NCBI GenBank assembly: GCA_040289885.1
Contig: PSLZ01000004.1
Span: forward strand, 54,094-118,093
DNA: 64,000 nt
Direction of reading: 5' to 3'
Source of the DNA: Armatimonadota bacterium
GTDB lineage: Bacteria; Armatimonadota; HRBIN16
The notes under the pieces are model-generated. The model saw only the letters and a list, made by a program, of their open reading frames with translations. It did not search any database and was not told where the DNA came from. The position numbers were made by a program, and so were the translations under genes. Position 1 is the first letter of the stretch. Each line of letters opens with the position of its first letter. This document shows, piece by piece, positions 50,343 to 61,005 of this stretch.

Positions 50343-52232
50343 ATGGCAAAAGCACGCACAATTGTGGTTGGCGGTGGGCTGGCTGGGCTGATGACGGTCA
50401 TCAAAATCGCCGAGCAGGGTCTGCCGGTGGATCTGTTCTCGCTGGTGCCTGTGAAGCGTAGTCACTCGGTCTGCGCACAGGGCGGGATCAACGGTGCAGT
50501 GAACACCAAAGGCGAAGGCGATAGCCCCGAGGAACACTTCGACGATACCGTCTATGGTGGGGACTTTCTGGCGCACCAGCCGCCCGTCAAGAGCATGTGC
50601 TACCGTGCCCCCGGCATTATCTATCTGCTCGACCGCATGGGGGTGCCCTTTAACCGCACTCCGGAAGGTTTTCTGGACTTCCGCCGCTTTGGGGGTACTA
50701 AACACCACCGCACCGCCTTCGCTGGCTCCACTACTGGACAGCAACTGCTGTACGCGCTGGATGAGCAGGTGCGCCGCTTCGAAGTGCAGGGGCTGGTCAA
50801 CAAATACGAAGGTTGGGAGTTCCTGGGCATCGTGAAGGATGAGCAAGGCAGGTGTCGTGGTATCGTGGCGCAGAACCTGCACACGATGGAGATTCGCGCC
50901 TTCCGTGCCGACGCGGTGGTGATGGCAACGGGCGGTCCGGGCTATCTGTTCGGCAAGTCGACGAACTCCATCATCAACACCGGCTCCGCCGCCAGCATCT
51001 GCTATCAGCAGGGCGCGTACTACGCCAACGGCGAGTTCATTCAGGTGCATCCCACCGCCATTCCCGGCGAGGACAAACTACGCCTGATGTCCGAAGCCAT
51101 TCGCGGCGAGGGCGGGCGCATCTGGGTGCCCAAAGACCCCTACGACAAGCGACGCCCGCAGGATATTCCCGAAAGCGACCGCTGGTACTTCCTCGAGGAG
51201 AAGTACCCGGCATATGGCAACCTAGTGCCTCGCGACATCGCCACCCGCGAGATTTTTGAGGTGTGCGTCACCCAAAAACGCGGCATCATGGGGCGCAATG
51301 AGGTGTACCTGGACATCACGCACCTGCCGCGCGAGGAGATCGAGCGCAAACTGCTGGGCATTCTGGAAATCTACACCAAGTTCGTGGGCGATGACCCGCG
51401 CGAAGTGCCCATGCGCGTCTTCCCCGCCGTACACTACTCGATGGGCGGGCTATGGGTGGACTACGAGCGCACCGCCGACGGCTTCCTGCACCCCGAAAGC
51501 ACACGCAACCAGATGACTAACATCCCGGGACTCTACGCCGCGGGCGAGTGTGAATACCAGTATCACGGCGCCAACCGCCTCGGAGCCAATGCCCTGCTCG
51601 CCTGCATCTTCGGTGGGGAGGTGGCAGGCAATGCGGTGGTGCGTTATGTGAATGGGCTAAGCCGTTCGGCGGATGACCTGCCCGCCTCGCTCTATGAAGC
51701 CGAACGCCTCCGGCACGAGCAGGACTTCCAGCAGTTGCTGAAGATGACGGGCGACGAGAACCCCTACAAACTGCACCAGGAGCTAGGCGAGTGGATGACC
51801 GATAACGTCACCGTGGTGCGCTACAATGACCGGCTCCGGAAGACCGAGGAGAAGATTCTGGAGCTGATGGAACGCTGGAAGCGCATCAATATCAACGACT
51901 CCTCGCTGTGGACGAACCAGATTGTGCCCTTCACCCGGGCTCTGCGCAACATGCTGATTCTGGCGCAGGTGATCACCCGCGGGGCACTGTTGCGCAACGA
52001 GAGCCGCGGCGCGCATTACAAGCCCGAGTACCCCGAACGCAACGACGCCGAGTGGCTGAAGACCACCATGGCAAGCTACACGCCGGAGGCACCGGAAATC
52101 TTCTACGAGCCGGTGGATGTGTCGTTAATCCCGCCTCGTGCCCGTAAGTACGATGTGGACAAGAAGGCGACGCTGGCAGAGCCGGTATCTGCTCCCCAGC
52201 CAGTGGGAACCAAGGATGATAGAGGAGAGTGA
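50343..52232 (+). CDS. sdhA: succinate dehydrogenase/fumarate reductase flavoprotein subunit
   Basis: VVGGGLAGL, SHSVCAQGGIN, HPTAIPG and RGAHY blocks. Confidence 0.92.
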   Translation: MAKARTIVVGGGLAGLMTVIKIAEQGLPVDLFSLVPVKRSHSVCAQGGINGAVNTKGEGDSPEEHFDDTVYGGDFLAHQPPVKSMCYRAPGIIYLLDRMGVPFNRTPEGFLDFRRFGGTKHHRTAFAGSTTGQQLLYALDEQVRRFEVQGLVNKYEGWEFLGIVKDEQGRCRGIVAQNLHTMEIRAFRADAVVMATGGPGYLFGKSTNSIINTGSAASICYQQGAYYANGEFIQVHPTAIPGEDKLRLMSEAIRGEGGRIWVPKDPYDKRRPQDIPESDRWYFLEEKYPAYGNLVPRDIATREIFEVCVTQKRGIMGRNEVYLDITHLPREEIERKLLGILEIYTKFVGDDPREVPMRVFPAVHYSMGGLWVDYERTADGFLHPESTRNQMTNIPGLYAAGECEYQYHGANRLGANALLACIFGGEVAGNAVVRYVNGLSRSADDLPASLYEAERLRHEQDFQQLLKMTGDENPYKLHQELGEWMTDNVTVVRYNDRLRKTEEKILELMERWKRININDSSLWTNQIVPFTRALRNMLILAQVITRGALLRNESRGAHYKPEYPERNDAEWLKTTMASYTPEAPEIFYEPVDVSLIPPRARKYDVDKKATLAEPVSAPQPVGTKDDRGE

Positions 52233-52235
52233 GAG

Positions 52236-53006
52236 ATGGACGGCATCAAAAGCGTGGTGCTGAAGATCAAGCGGCAGGCTGACCCGCAAAGCAAACCCTA
52301 CTGGGAAGAGTTCGAAGTGCCCTACCAGCCGCGGGCGAACGTCATCTACTGCCTGATGCAACTCCAACGCAACCCTGTTAACCGGCAGGGGCACCCCACC
52401 ACCGCGCCCGCCTGGGAAGCCGCCTGCCTCGAGGAGGTGTGCGGCACCTGCACGATGGTGATCCACGGCAGGGTACGGCAGGCTTGCTCGGCTCTGGTGG
52501 ACGAGGTGGGCAAACGGGCTGGAGAGCACCTGCAGATCACCCTTGAGCCGATGACCAAGTTCCCGGTGGTACGCGACCTGATCGTAGACCGCAGTGAGAT
52601 GTTCGAGACCCTCAAGCGCATCAAGGCGTGGGTGCCCATCGACGGCACGCACGACCTCGGTCCCGGTCCCCGCATCCCTGATAGCGTCCGCGAACTGCGC
52701 TACGAGTTCGCGCGGTGCATGACCTGCGGATGCTGTCTGGAGGCATGCCCGAACGTCAACGCCCACTCGAACTTCATCGGTCCCGCCGCGCTAGGGCAAG
52801 TCAAGCTGTTCAATCTGCACCCTATTGGCGCCGCGCTGGAAGACGAGCGCTTCGACGTGCTGGCAGGACCCGACGGCATCACCGGCTGTGGTAACGCTCA
52901 GAACTGCGTGCAGGTGTGCCCGAAAGACATCCCGCTGACCCGTGCGATCGCCGAGCTGAACCGAGACATCACCCTCAATCGGTTGCGCAAATGGCTGACG
53001 AAGTAG
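52236..53006 (+). CDS. sdhB: succinate dehydrogenase iron-sulfur subunit
   Basis: CxxGxCGxC-type (EEVCGTCTM), CMTCGCCLEACP and CVQVCP cluster motifs. Confidence 0.9.
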   Translation: MDGIKSVVLKIKRQADPQSKPYWEEFEVPYQPRANVIYCLMQLQRNPVNRQGHPTTAPAWEAACLEEVCGTCTMVIHGRVRQACSALVDEVGKRAGEHLQITLEPMTKFPVVRDLIVDRSEMFETLKRIKAWVPIDGTHDLGPGPRIPDSVRELRYEFARCMTCGCCLEACPNVNAHSNFIGPAALGQVKLFNLHPIGAALEDERFDVLAGPDGITGCGNAQNCVQVCPKDIPLTRAIAELNRDITLNRLRKWLTK

Positions 53007-53332
53007 ACCAGCGGGCGGGGACGCTCTCCGGCGTTCCTCCCCCCATCGTACACGAAGAGTTCTATACGGCTGAGGACGGCAGTCAGTGGCTGATGCAGAT
53101 TGAGGTGCGGTGGACGCCCCGCTATGAAAGCAGGGTGCGCCTGCTGAAAATGCCCGAACGTGTCCCCGTGAACCTCCCCGCGAACCTGCCTTATCTAGAG
53201 GTTGTGCCCCCGAATATCCGCGAAGCTGCGCTGGACGGACGCTTTGACCTTCAGGCTATCACTCATTACTGCCTTCAGCGATGCCTGATAATGTTGCGGG
53301 AGTATGTCGAGCGCTTTGGTGATGACCTGTAA
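52991..53332 (+). CDS. hypothetical protein
   Basis: Overlaps the sdhB end by 16 nt. Codon periodicity looks good, with no recognisable motif. Confidence 0.35.
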   Translation: MADEVDQRAGTLSGVPPPIVHEEFYTAEDGSQWLMQIEVRWTPRYESRVRLLKMPERVPVNLPANLPYLEVVPPNIREAALDGRFDLQAITHYCLQRCLIMLREYVERFGDDL

Positions 53333-53411
53333 GAGAAGTGTTTGTCTTCCGATAATGTAAGGTGTTGTGCAGATTATCTCGTTCCTTTGGTGGTGCCTCG
53401 AGGTGTACGCG

Positions 53412-54500
53412 ATGCAAAACGCTACGGTAACCGATGTTCGCGTGCTGGTGGTGGATGACGAGTCTCTGGTGGGCGAGGCGATCGAGCGCGTTCTCCGTTC
53501 CTGCGGCTATGTCGTCAGCGTGGCTCACAGTGCCGAGCAAGCCCTGCAGATACTGGCGCAACAGCCCGTTCATCTGTGCCTGTCCGACCTGCACATGCCC
53601 GGCATAGGCGGAGAGGAGCTAGTCAAACAGGTGCGTCAGCATTACCCGGAGATTCCCGTGGTGATCATGACGGGAGATTCCTCCATTGAGGTGCTCCGAG
53701 AAGCGCTGGACAACGGAGCCAGCGACTTTATCACCAAACCCTGGCGTTCCCATGAACTGCCAGTAGTGGTGGAACGCAACGTCCGTCGGCATAACCTGTG
53801 GATGGAAGAGCAAAAGAAACATCTCCGCCGGCTGAACGAAGCCTATTCCGACCTGCTGGAAGCACTGCTCAGCGCGCTGGAGACACGGGAAAAGGAGATT
53901 GAAGGGCATTGCGAACGGGTGACCGCGTATACCATGATACTCGCCGAGGCGATGGGCGTGCCTCATCAGCAATATCCCGATCTCGAGCGAGGCGCGCTTC
54001 TGCACGATATTGGCAAGATCGGCATCCCCGACAGCATTCTGTTCAAACCGGGTCCGCTCACCCCCGCCGAATGGGAGGTAATGCGCCAGCACCCCATGAT
54101 TGGCTATCAGATGTGTATGAAGGTGCGCTCTCTACATGCCGCCGCGCGCGAGGTGGTGCTGTGTCACCACGAGCAGTGGGACGGGAACGGCTACCCGCAG
54201 GGGCTACGCGGCGAAGACATCCCGCTTGGGGCACGCATCTTCGCGGTGGCGGATACCATCGACGCCATGACTTCCAACCGACCCTACCGCTCCGCGCGCT
54301 CTATAGACGAGGTGTCGGCGGAGTTGGAGCGATGTTCTGGTACCCAGTTCGACCCCCAAGTAGTACGGGCGTTCTTCAGCATTCCCGCCTCGACATGGCA
54401 GTCGCTCATCGAGAACCTGAAAGGCATTGCGAATCAACGCGCTCCAGGCCAGTTGGCGAACTTCCCGCTGTTCCCCGACACCCTGGGCAAAGCGGCGTAA
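53412..54500 (+). CDS. response regulator with HD-GYP c-di-GMP phosphodiesterase domain
   Basis: REC domain (VLVVDDE...DLHMPG...KP). HDIGK and HHEQWDGNGYP motifs. Confidence 0.85.
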   Translation: MQNATVTDVRVLVVDDESLVGEAIERVLRSCGYVVSVAHSAEQALQILAQQPVHLCLSDLHMPGIGGEELVKQVRQHYPEIPVVIMTGDSSIEVLREALDNGASDFITKPWRSHELPVVVERNVRRHNLWMEEQKKHLRRLNEAYSDLLEALLSALETREKEIEGHCERVTAYTMILAEAMGVPHQQYPDLERGALLHDIGKIGIPDSILFKPGPLTPAEWEVMRQHPMIGYQMCMKVRSLHAAAREVVLCHHEQWDGNGYPQGLRGEDIPLGARIFAVADTIDAMTSNRPYRSARSIDEVSAELERCSGTQFDPQVVRAFFSIPASTWQSLIENLKGIANQRAPGQLANFPLFPDTLGKAA

Positions 54501-55979
54501 CTATCTGCTAACAAGGCTCAACTGCACTTGCAGTTGACGCTGTTGTGCGCTCCACAGGATCTGAGGCTGGATGCAGTGCGCTGGTAGGATGAGGGCAATC
54601 TGCCAGTCGCGCCAGCTCCGCTTCTCTATATCCCACTTCCCCAGCACGTCCAGCCCCCAGTGCCCAGTCAAACGCAGGCGAAAACGGGCTTCCCGGCGCG
54701 TCTCCAGCTGGTCGAACACGAAAGGACTGCTTCCTTGGGTGATAGCCGTCGCTATCCCCGCGCCCAGGGTCAGACGGCTGTTGGCGTTCCAGTAGATGCC
54801 CCATTGCGCTCGTGCCCAACGGTATGCCTTGCCCGGGTACACCCCGACTCTGGCGTCCAGGATCAGGTCGGTTGCTACCCGCTCCCCGACTGCCAGCGCA
54901 GGGGACTGCCAGCGTATCAACGCCACCGCACGGTTCGCGGTGACCAGGGTGGGGCTTTCACGCAGTCGTGCCAGCCTCCATTCCGTTTCCAGCGTTCCGC
55001 CGCCCAAGGGGTGTAGCGCCTGGTAACCCAACTCCCCCCCCCGCAGGTACAGGTCGGTACGCCGAAGGTTCTCTACGGGCGAGTTCGCCCGCGCCGAGAG
55101 GAAGAACCCCTGCTTGCTGTGCGTTTGCGGGGTCGTGCGCCAGCCGCTGGTGCTGATGGTTTCCAGGAATGAGGTGCCGGGGCGTTCGGTAGGCTCTAGG
55201 TGGCGCAGAGGTTCCTGGTCGCCGGTGTCGTCCAGCCGGCGCAGGAGGTCGATCCGCACTTCGGGGTCGTGTCGGGTGAACACGCGCAGGCTGTAGCCTA
55301 CCAGTACCCCGCGCTGGGGGAGCAGGTCGCCACAATACACCATCAGTCCTCTGCGGCGCGAGTAGCCTACCTGCGGGATCAGCGGTTCGCCGGGCTCGCG
55401 CCTGCCGATTCGTCGGCTCAGGTAGGGGATGCTCACCACCTTGCTTCCCCATGCCGATAACGACACCTGCCGGGCGCGTATCCGTAACGCTGAACTCAGG
55501 CTGAGGCTCCGGGCAGAGAGCAAAAAGTCAGGGGGTGTTTTGTCGCAGGTGGTCAGGGTCACATTTTGCATCTCCAGATTTCTGCCGTCAGAGCGTAGAG
55601 CGTCGGCGGTGATGCGAATGCCCTCTATCGCGCCGTGCACGCCCAGCAGGTCGCCTTCGCGGGTCTTTAGGTTGAAGCGCATCTGTGAAGCATAGAGCTT
55701 TCCCCCCTCGTCCTCAAAGAGCACATCACCGGTGGCGGTGATCCAGCCTGACTCTGTGTCTCCCTCGATACGTTGTGCCCGTACGCGCCGACCGCCCCAC
55801 TGTACCTCGGCGTCCCCCTCGGCGATGAAGCGATGCAGTGCTATCGCCTCCATACGCTTTGCTACCAGCCGCCACGCCTCTGGCTCTGCGCGAGGTGGCG
55901 CAGACCACACCACGCCCCAGCCCAGCACGAACATGAGCGTGAAGGCTATTTTGAACGCTCCACCAGGCGAACAATCCAC
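54501..55979 (-). CDS. LptD/OstA-like outer-membrane protein
   Basis: OstA-like N-domain (AEGDAEVQWGGRRVRAQRIE...ATGDVLF) and a beta-rich C-terminus. An alternative start is the ATG at 55934. Confidence 0.45.
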   Translation of the reverse strand: MDCSPGGAFKIAFTLMFVLGWGVVWSAPPRAEPEAWRLVAKRMEAIALHRFIAEGDAEVQWGGRRVRAQRIEGDTESGWITATGDVLFEDEGGKLYASQMRFNLKTREGDLLGVHGAIEGIRITADALRSDGRNLEMQNVTLTTCDKTPPDFLLSARSLSLSSALRIRARQVSLSAWGSKVVSIPYLSRRIGRREPGEPLIPQVGYSRRRGLMVYCGDLLPQRGVLVGYSLRVFTRHDPEVRIDLLRRLDDTGDQEPLRHLEPTERPGTSFLETISTSGWRTTPQTHSKQGFFLSARANSPVENLRRTDLYLRGGELGYQALHPLGGGTLETEWRLARLRESPTLVTANRAVALIRWQSPALAVGERVATDLILDARVGVYPGKAYRWARAQWGIYWNANSRLTLGAGIATAITQGSSPFVFDQLETRREARFRLRLTGHWGLDVLGKWDIEKRSWRDWQIALILPAHCIQPQILWSAQQRQLQVQLSLVSR

Positions 55980-56545
55980 TCTACGGCTCCCAGCAGGTCA
56001 GGCACTATGTGGTCGGGAGGATGATTTTGCATTTCGGGTCCATCCAGCATATCAGGCTTCACGTGCCCGCTCAGTACCAGCACGGTTTTGACGCCCGCGG
56101 CTTGCCCTGCCACGACGTCCCGCCAAGAATCGCCCACAAACACCGATCGCTCCAATGCGATGCCGTGCTCGCGTGCCGCCCGAATCAGAAGCCCCGGCTT
56201 GGGCTTGCGACAATCACACCCGTCGTCATCATCGTGTGGACAGTAGTAGAAGGCGTCGACGTGTGCGTTGTACGCGCTCAGCAGTTCCTGCAGACGCTCG
56301 CTGATTCGCCGAAGGTCTTCCAACGTGTACAGCCCCTTTGCCACCCCCGACTGGTTCGAGCAGACGATGACCGGCACCCCCAGCGCGTTGAATCGGGCGA
56401 TCGCCTGTGCTGATGCGGGCAGAAGATGCACATCTTCCGGGCGGGTGACGAACTCCACCGGGTCGACGTTAATCACGCCATCCCGGTCCAAAAACACCGC
56501 AGGGCGGGCAGATTTCGTGCTCAAACATGCACCTCCTTCTGGCAT
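55946..56545 (-). CDS. gmhB: D,D-heptose 1,7-bisphosphate phosphatase (HAD-IIIA)
   Basis: AVFLDRDGVIN, CSNQSGVAKG, CPHDDDDGCDCRKPKPG and VGDSWRD. Confidence 0.75.
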   Translation of the reverse strand: MPEGGACLSTKSARPAVFLDRDGVINVDPVEFVTRPEDVHLLPASAQAIARFNALGVPVIVCSNQSGVAKGLYTLEDLRRISERLQELLSAYNAHVDAFYYCPHDDDDGCDCRKPKPGLLIRAAREHGIALERSVFVGDSWRDVVAGQAAGVKTVLVLSGHVKPDMLDGPEMQNHPPDHIVPDLLGAVEWIVRLVERSK

Positions 56546-56615
56546 TCTCCAGAAGGACTATATCGGAGTTCATAGCGAATCGTCAAGGGGAGACGGGCTA
56601 TAGGGGGTGCGGAGC

Positions 56616-57347
56616 ATGGCTCGGCGCGTGCTAGTCGGCACATCAGGCTGGAGCTATGATCACTGGCGGGGAAGATTCTATCCCCCGGAACTGCCGCGCG
56701 AGGAGTGGCTTGCTTTTTATGCGCAGACGTTTCCTACTGTGGAGGTCAACTCCAGTTTCTACCGCCTGCCTTTTGCCAACATGGTGCTCGGCTGGCATAG
56801 GCGAAGCCCCGAAGGGTTCCTGTTCGCCGCCAAGTTCGCCCGACGAGCCACGCACGTGCACCGCTTGCACGACTGTCAGCAGATCGTTCAGCGCTGGCTG
56901 GAGCGCATGCAGTTGGTAGGGGCGAAGTTGGGGGTGATCCTGGTGCAGTTGCCGCCGGGTTTGCATCGAGAGGTGCCCTTGCTAGAAGCTTTTCTTCGTC
57001 TGTTCCCGCCTGGAACGCGCGTGGCGGTAGAGTTTCGGCATCCGTCGTGGGAGTGCGAGCAGGTGTACGACCTGCTGAGGTCACTGGGCATGGCGCACTG
57101 TACCATCAGCTATCCCCGCTATCCGATGGACTGGACGGTCACCGCCCCCTTCGTCTACGTGCGCTTGCATGGGGTCACTCAGGCGTATGACTATTGCTAC
57201 AGCACGGCGGAGCTCGAGCAGATCGCCTCGCGCATCCGTGACCTGCCCGCCGAGGTGCAAGAGGTGTTCGTCTACTTCAACAACGACACCAACGCCTATG
57301 CTCCTGAGAACGCGCGCCAACTGCAGGCGATGCTCGCATCAGAATAG
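56616..57347 (+). CDS. DUF72 family protein
   Basis: VGTSGWSYDHWRGRFYP...TVEVNSSFYR. Confidence 0.8.
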   Translation: MARRVLVGTSGWSYDHWRGRFYPPELPREEWLAFYAQTFPTVEVNSSFYRLPFANMVLGWHRRSPEGFLFAAKFARRATHVHRLHDCQQIVQRWLERMQLVGAKLGVILVQLPPGLHREVPLLEAFLRLFPPGTRVAVEFRHPSWECEQVYDLLRSLGMAHCTISYPRYPMDWTVTAPFVYVRLHGVTQAYDYCYSTAELEQIASRIRDLPAEVQEVFVYFNNDTNAYAPENARQLQAMLASE

Positions 57348-57410
57348 GGCTTTGCAGGAACCCGGCTCCGCAGGGCGAATAGCCATATCAACCACAGGCA
57401 AGGAGGAAGG

Positions 57411-60400
57411 GTGAAGTTGAGAACGGACTGGTTGTTTGTGCTGGTACTGTTGTGTCTGTTTGCATTGCCGGGCGAGTCTAGGCGTCGCCTCGGCGTTTCG
57501 CACCTTCTTACCGAACGGCTGGAGAACCCGCTGGGGATCGACACCCCGCATCCGCATTTCTCGTGGCAAATCCAGCACCAGCACCGCGGCGCCAGCCAGA
57601 GCGCGTACCAGATTCAGGTCGCCAGCAAGCCAGAGCTCCTGCGTGACGGCAAGACCGATATGTGGGACAGCGGTAAAGTGCTCTCCTCGCAAAGCCTGCA
57701 TATCCCTTACGCGGGCAAGCCTTTGCAAAGCCGAACCACCTATTACTGGCGTGTGAGGGTATGGGACCACGACGGCATCACTAGCGCATACAGCCAGCCA
57801 GCGACCTTTGAAACCGCCTTGCTGGACCCCAACGAGTGGAAAGCTCGCTGGATCGCCGTGCCTCGCACGGGAGGTAACGGTTGGCACTCGCAGTTTGCTG
57901 ATAGCGTGGATGTGAACAAATGGGTGCAGTTGGACCTGGGGCGGTCGGTGGCGTTTCGGCGGATTGTGCTGTATCCTGCGCGCCCCTATAACTGGAAGCG
58001 CGATGAGCCCGGCTTCGGCTTCCCGGTGCGTTTTCGCCTCGAAGCCAGCGATGACCCCGATTTTACCCAGCCGCGCGTACTTGCCGATTACACCCACGCC
58101 GACGTGCCCAATCCGCGCACGAAGCCCATGAGCATCGACGTGGGCGAGCAAAAAGCGCGCTACGTGCGCCTGGTCATTACCAAACTGCACCACCCCGCCG
58201 ATACGCGCCCGCTAGCCGCCCTGGCGGAGATGGAGGTGCTGAACGCCGAGGGGGGCAACCTCGCTCTGCACGCCCCAGTGAGCACCGATGGCTGGAATAT
58301 GGACAGCATCGAAGAGAACGATTGGGGACGGGCGATGCTGACTGACGGTTTACGGGAATCGCGCCCATCAGATACCTGCGCGCCCATGCTCAGGCGTGAG
58401 TTTACCATAAACGGCAGGGTCAAGCGCGCCCGCGCCTACGTGACCGGACTGGGCTACTATGAGCTCTATCTGAACGGCAAGAAGGTGGGCGACCGGTTGC
58501 TAGACCCGCCTTATACCAACTTCCACAAGCGCATCTACTACAGCACTTACGACGTCACCACCCTGCTGAAGCGCGGCGAAAACTGCGTGGGAGCACTGCT
58601 GGGCAACGGCTGGTGGAAAGGCGCTCCCCACTTTCTCCTGCAGATGCATATCGAGTACACCGACGGCGCCCAGCAACTCGTTACCAGCGATGCCGGGTGG
58701 CGCTGGGCAAAAAGCCCCCTCTTGAGCAACAGCCTGTACCATGGGGAGACCTATGATGCCCGCCTCGAACAGCCGCAGTGGGCAACCGCCGGGTTCGTGG
58801 AGCCACGCGAGGGAGAAAACGCTTGGCAGAAGGTGCAGGTGAGCGATCTGTCCAAGGTCACCCTCTCGGCGCAGATGATGCCCCCCATCAAGGTCACCCA
58901 GATTCTCAAGCCGAGATGGATCAGCCAACCCCAGCCGGGCGTGTTCGTGGTGGACTTCGGGCAGAACTTCTCAGGCTGGTGTCGGCTGAAGGTGAAAGGC
59001 AGTGCGGGGACGACGGTCACCCTCAAACATGCGGAGGTGCTCTTCGAAAACGGTCTGGTCAACCAGCAGAACCTGCGCAGTGCCAAAGCCACCGATACCT
59101 ACATCCTGAAAGGGGAAGGGGTAGAGGTTTATGAACCCCGCTTCACTTACCATGGCTTCCGGTATGTGCAGGTGGAGGGCTATCCGGGTACCCTGACGGC
59201 AAACGATATCGAGGGGTGCGTGGTGCATACCGCCTTCGTCCAGCGCGGACAGTTTGAATGCTCTAACGACCTGCTCAACCAGATACAGCGCAATGCGCAA
59301 TGGGGCTACCGCACCAACTGGCACAGCATCCCCACCGACTGCCCCCAGCGCGATGAGCGACAGGGCTGGATGGGTGATGCGCATATGACCGCCAACATGG
59401 GACTGTTCAACTTCACCTCCGAATCGGCTTACGTCAAGTTCCTACGGGACATCGCGGACGCCCAAGGCGAAGATGGGCGTATCCCCGATACCGTGCCGCA
59501 TGTGTGGGGAACCAATCCGGGCGACCCGCAGTGGGCGGGGGCGTATCTGTTCATCGCGTGGGATATGTATCGTCACACCGGCGCGCGGTATCTGTTGGAA
59601 CAACACTACGAGGGCATGAAGCGCTACGTGCAACTGCTTCGTCGGGAGGCGGGAGATTCCTGCATCCTCACCCGCAATAACTACGGCGACTGGGTGGCTG
59701 TGGTGGAGACGCCTAAGGACCTGATTTCCACCGGAACCTACTATCTCAGCGTGAAGCGATTGGCGGACATCGCGCACGTGCTGGGTAAACGCGAAGATGA
59801 AAACGCGTATCGCGCCCTGTGCGAGCGCATCGCGCAAGCGTTCAACGCCCGCTTCTGGAACGTAGAGGCAGGCTACTACGGCAACGGTAGCCAGTTCTCC
59901 AATATCTTCCCGCTGTATCTGGGCATCGTGCCTGAGGAGCGACGGCAGAAGGTACTGGAGCACGTGGTGCACGACATCACGGTGAACCACCAGGGGCATT
60001 TGAGCACAGGGTTTATCGGCACACGCTACCTGCTGGATACGCTGACCCTGCTTGGGCGAGCGGACATCGCCTACCTGGTGGCGTCGCAGGATACTTATCC
60101 GAGCTGGGGATACATGGTGCGCCGGGGAGCAACGACCATCTGGGAGCTGTGGAAGTACGAGGTGGGGCCGGGCATGAACTCGCACAACCATCCCGCCCTC
60201 GGGTTGATCAGTGGGTGGTTCTACGAGGTGCTAGCGGGCATTCAGCCCGATCCCTCGCGCGGCGACTGGGAGCACTTCACGGTGCGCCCCCATCCGGTCG
60301 GCGACCTGTGGTGGGCGAAGGCAACCGTCAACACAGTTCGTGGGGAAGTGGAGGTGCGCTGGGAGAAGCGTTCCGATGCCTTCTTACTCAGCGTGGTCGT

Positions 60401-60605
60401 GCCCGTCAACAGCACGGCAACCGTGCATATCCCACTGCTGGGCATCTCCAACCCCGCCCTCACCGAGGCAGAGGGCAAGGTGTGGCACAACGGCAGGTTC
60501 CTGCCGAAGGTGTCGGGAGTGAAAAGTGCTCGTGTAGAGGGCGAATGGATGGTGCTGGAGGTCGGCTCGGGCGCGTACCACTTCAAGTTACATGCAGACA
60601 GATGA
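57411..60605 (+). CDS. alpha-L-rhamnosidase (GH78) with inserted F5/8 type C domain
   Basis: HPHFSWQ...TTYYWRVRVWD N-domain, a discoidin-like insert (NKWVQLDLG...RYVRLVI), and the six-hairpin catalytic region (DCPQRDERQGWMGD). Confidence 0.85.
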   Translation: MKLRTDWLFVLVLLCLFALPGESRRRLGVSHLLTERLENPLGIDTPHPHFSWQIQHQHRGASQSAYQIQVASKPELLRDGKTDMWDSGKVLSSQSLHIPYAGKPLQSRTTYYWRVRVWDHDGITSAYSQPATFETALLDPNEWKARWIAVPRTGGNGWHSQFADSVDVNKWVQLDLGRSVAFRRIVLYPARPYNWKRDEPGFGFPVRFRLEASDDPDFTQPRVLADYTHADVPNPRTKPMSIDVGEQKARYVRLVITKLHHPADTRPLAALAEMEVLNAEGGNLALHAPVSTDGWNMDSIEENDWGRAMLTDGLRESRPSDTCAPMLRREFTINGRVKRARAYVTGLGYYELYLNGKKVGDRLLDPPYTNFHKRIYYSTYDVTTLLKRGENCVGALLGNGWWKGAPHFLLQMHIEYTDGAQQLVTSDAGWRWAKSPLLSNSLYHGETYDARLEQPQWATAGFVEPREGENAWQKVQVSDLSKVTLSAQMMPPIKVTQILKPRWISQPQPGVFVVDFGQNFSGWCRLKVKGSAGTTVTLKHAEVLFENGLVNQQNLRSAKATDTYILKGEGVEVYEPRFTYHGFRYVQVEGYPGTLTANDIEGCVVHTAFVQRGQFECSNDLLNQIQRNAQWGYRTNWHSIPTDCPQRDERQGWMGDAHMTANMGLFNFTSESAYVKFLRDIADAQGEDGRIPDTVPHVWGTNPGDPQWAGAYLFIAWDMYRHTGARYLLEQHYEGMKRYVQLLRREAGDSCILTRNNYGDWVAVVETPKDLISTGTYYLSVKRLADIAHVLGKREDENAYRALCERIAQAFNARFWNVEAGYYGNGSQFSNIFPLYLGIVPEERRQKVLEHVVHDITVNHQGHLSTGFIGTRYLLDTLTLLGRADIAYLVASQDTYPSWGYMVRRGATTIWELWKYEVGPGMNSHNHPALGLISGWFYEVLAGIQPDPSRGDWEHFTVRPHPVGDLWWAKATVNTVRGEVEVRWEKRSDAFLLSVVVPVNSTATVHIPLLGISNPALTEAEGKVWHNGRFLPKVSGVKSARVEGEWMVLEVGSGAYHFKLHADR

Positions 60606-60609
60606 ACAG

Positions 60610-60638
60610 TTGCCGTGCTCCTGAGGGTGTGATATAAT
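60610..60638 (+). promoter_or_regulatory. promoter TTGCCG-17-TGaTATAAT (extended -10)
   Basis: -35 at 60610-60615, TG at 60630-60631 and -10 at 60633-60638. Confidence 0.45.
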
Positions 60639-60660
60639 CGGTAAAACTGCGGGAGGTGCT

Positions 60661-60990
60661 GTGATGGAGGAACAGCAATCGCAGGATGAACAGATGACCC
60701 AAGAGCACGTCCGGCAGGAGCCGCTCAACGTGACCGACCTTGCCCTGTGGATGGTCGAGGAGATGCAGGCTCAGGCGTGGATTAAGATGGGTCTATGGAA
60801 GGACCCGCTATCGGGGGAGTTGCAAACGGACCTGCGACAGGCGAAAATCGCGATTGATTGTGTGGGGGCGCTGATAGGGGTGCTTAAACCGCACCTTTCG
60901 GAGGCACAGCGGCGCGATTTGGAGCGGTTATTGACCGATCTGCGGTTCAATTTCGTGGAGCGCAGTGCCGAGGCGCCATCAGGACAGTAA
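60661..60990 (+). CDS. DUF1844-like small acidic protein
   Basis: MVEEMQAQAWIKMGL...LRQAKIAIDCVGALIGVLKPHL...LLTDLRFNFVE. The ATG at 60664 is the more likely start. Confidence 0.55.
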   Translation: MMEEQQSQDEQMTQEHVRQEPLNVTDLALWMVEEMQAQAWIKMGLWKDPLSGELQTDLRQAKIAIDCVGALIGVLKPHLSEAQRRDLERLLTDLRFNFVERSAEAPSGQ

Positions 60991-61005
60991 AGAGAGGAGG
61001 CGACC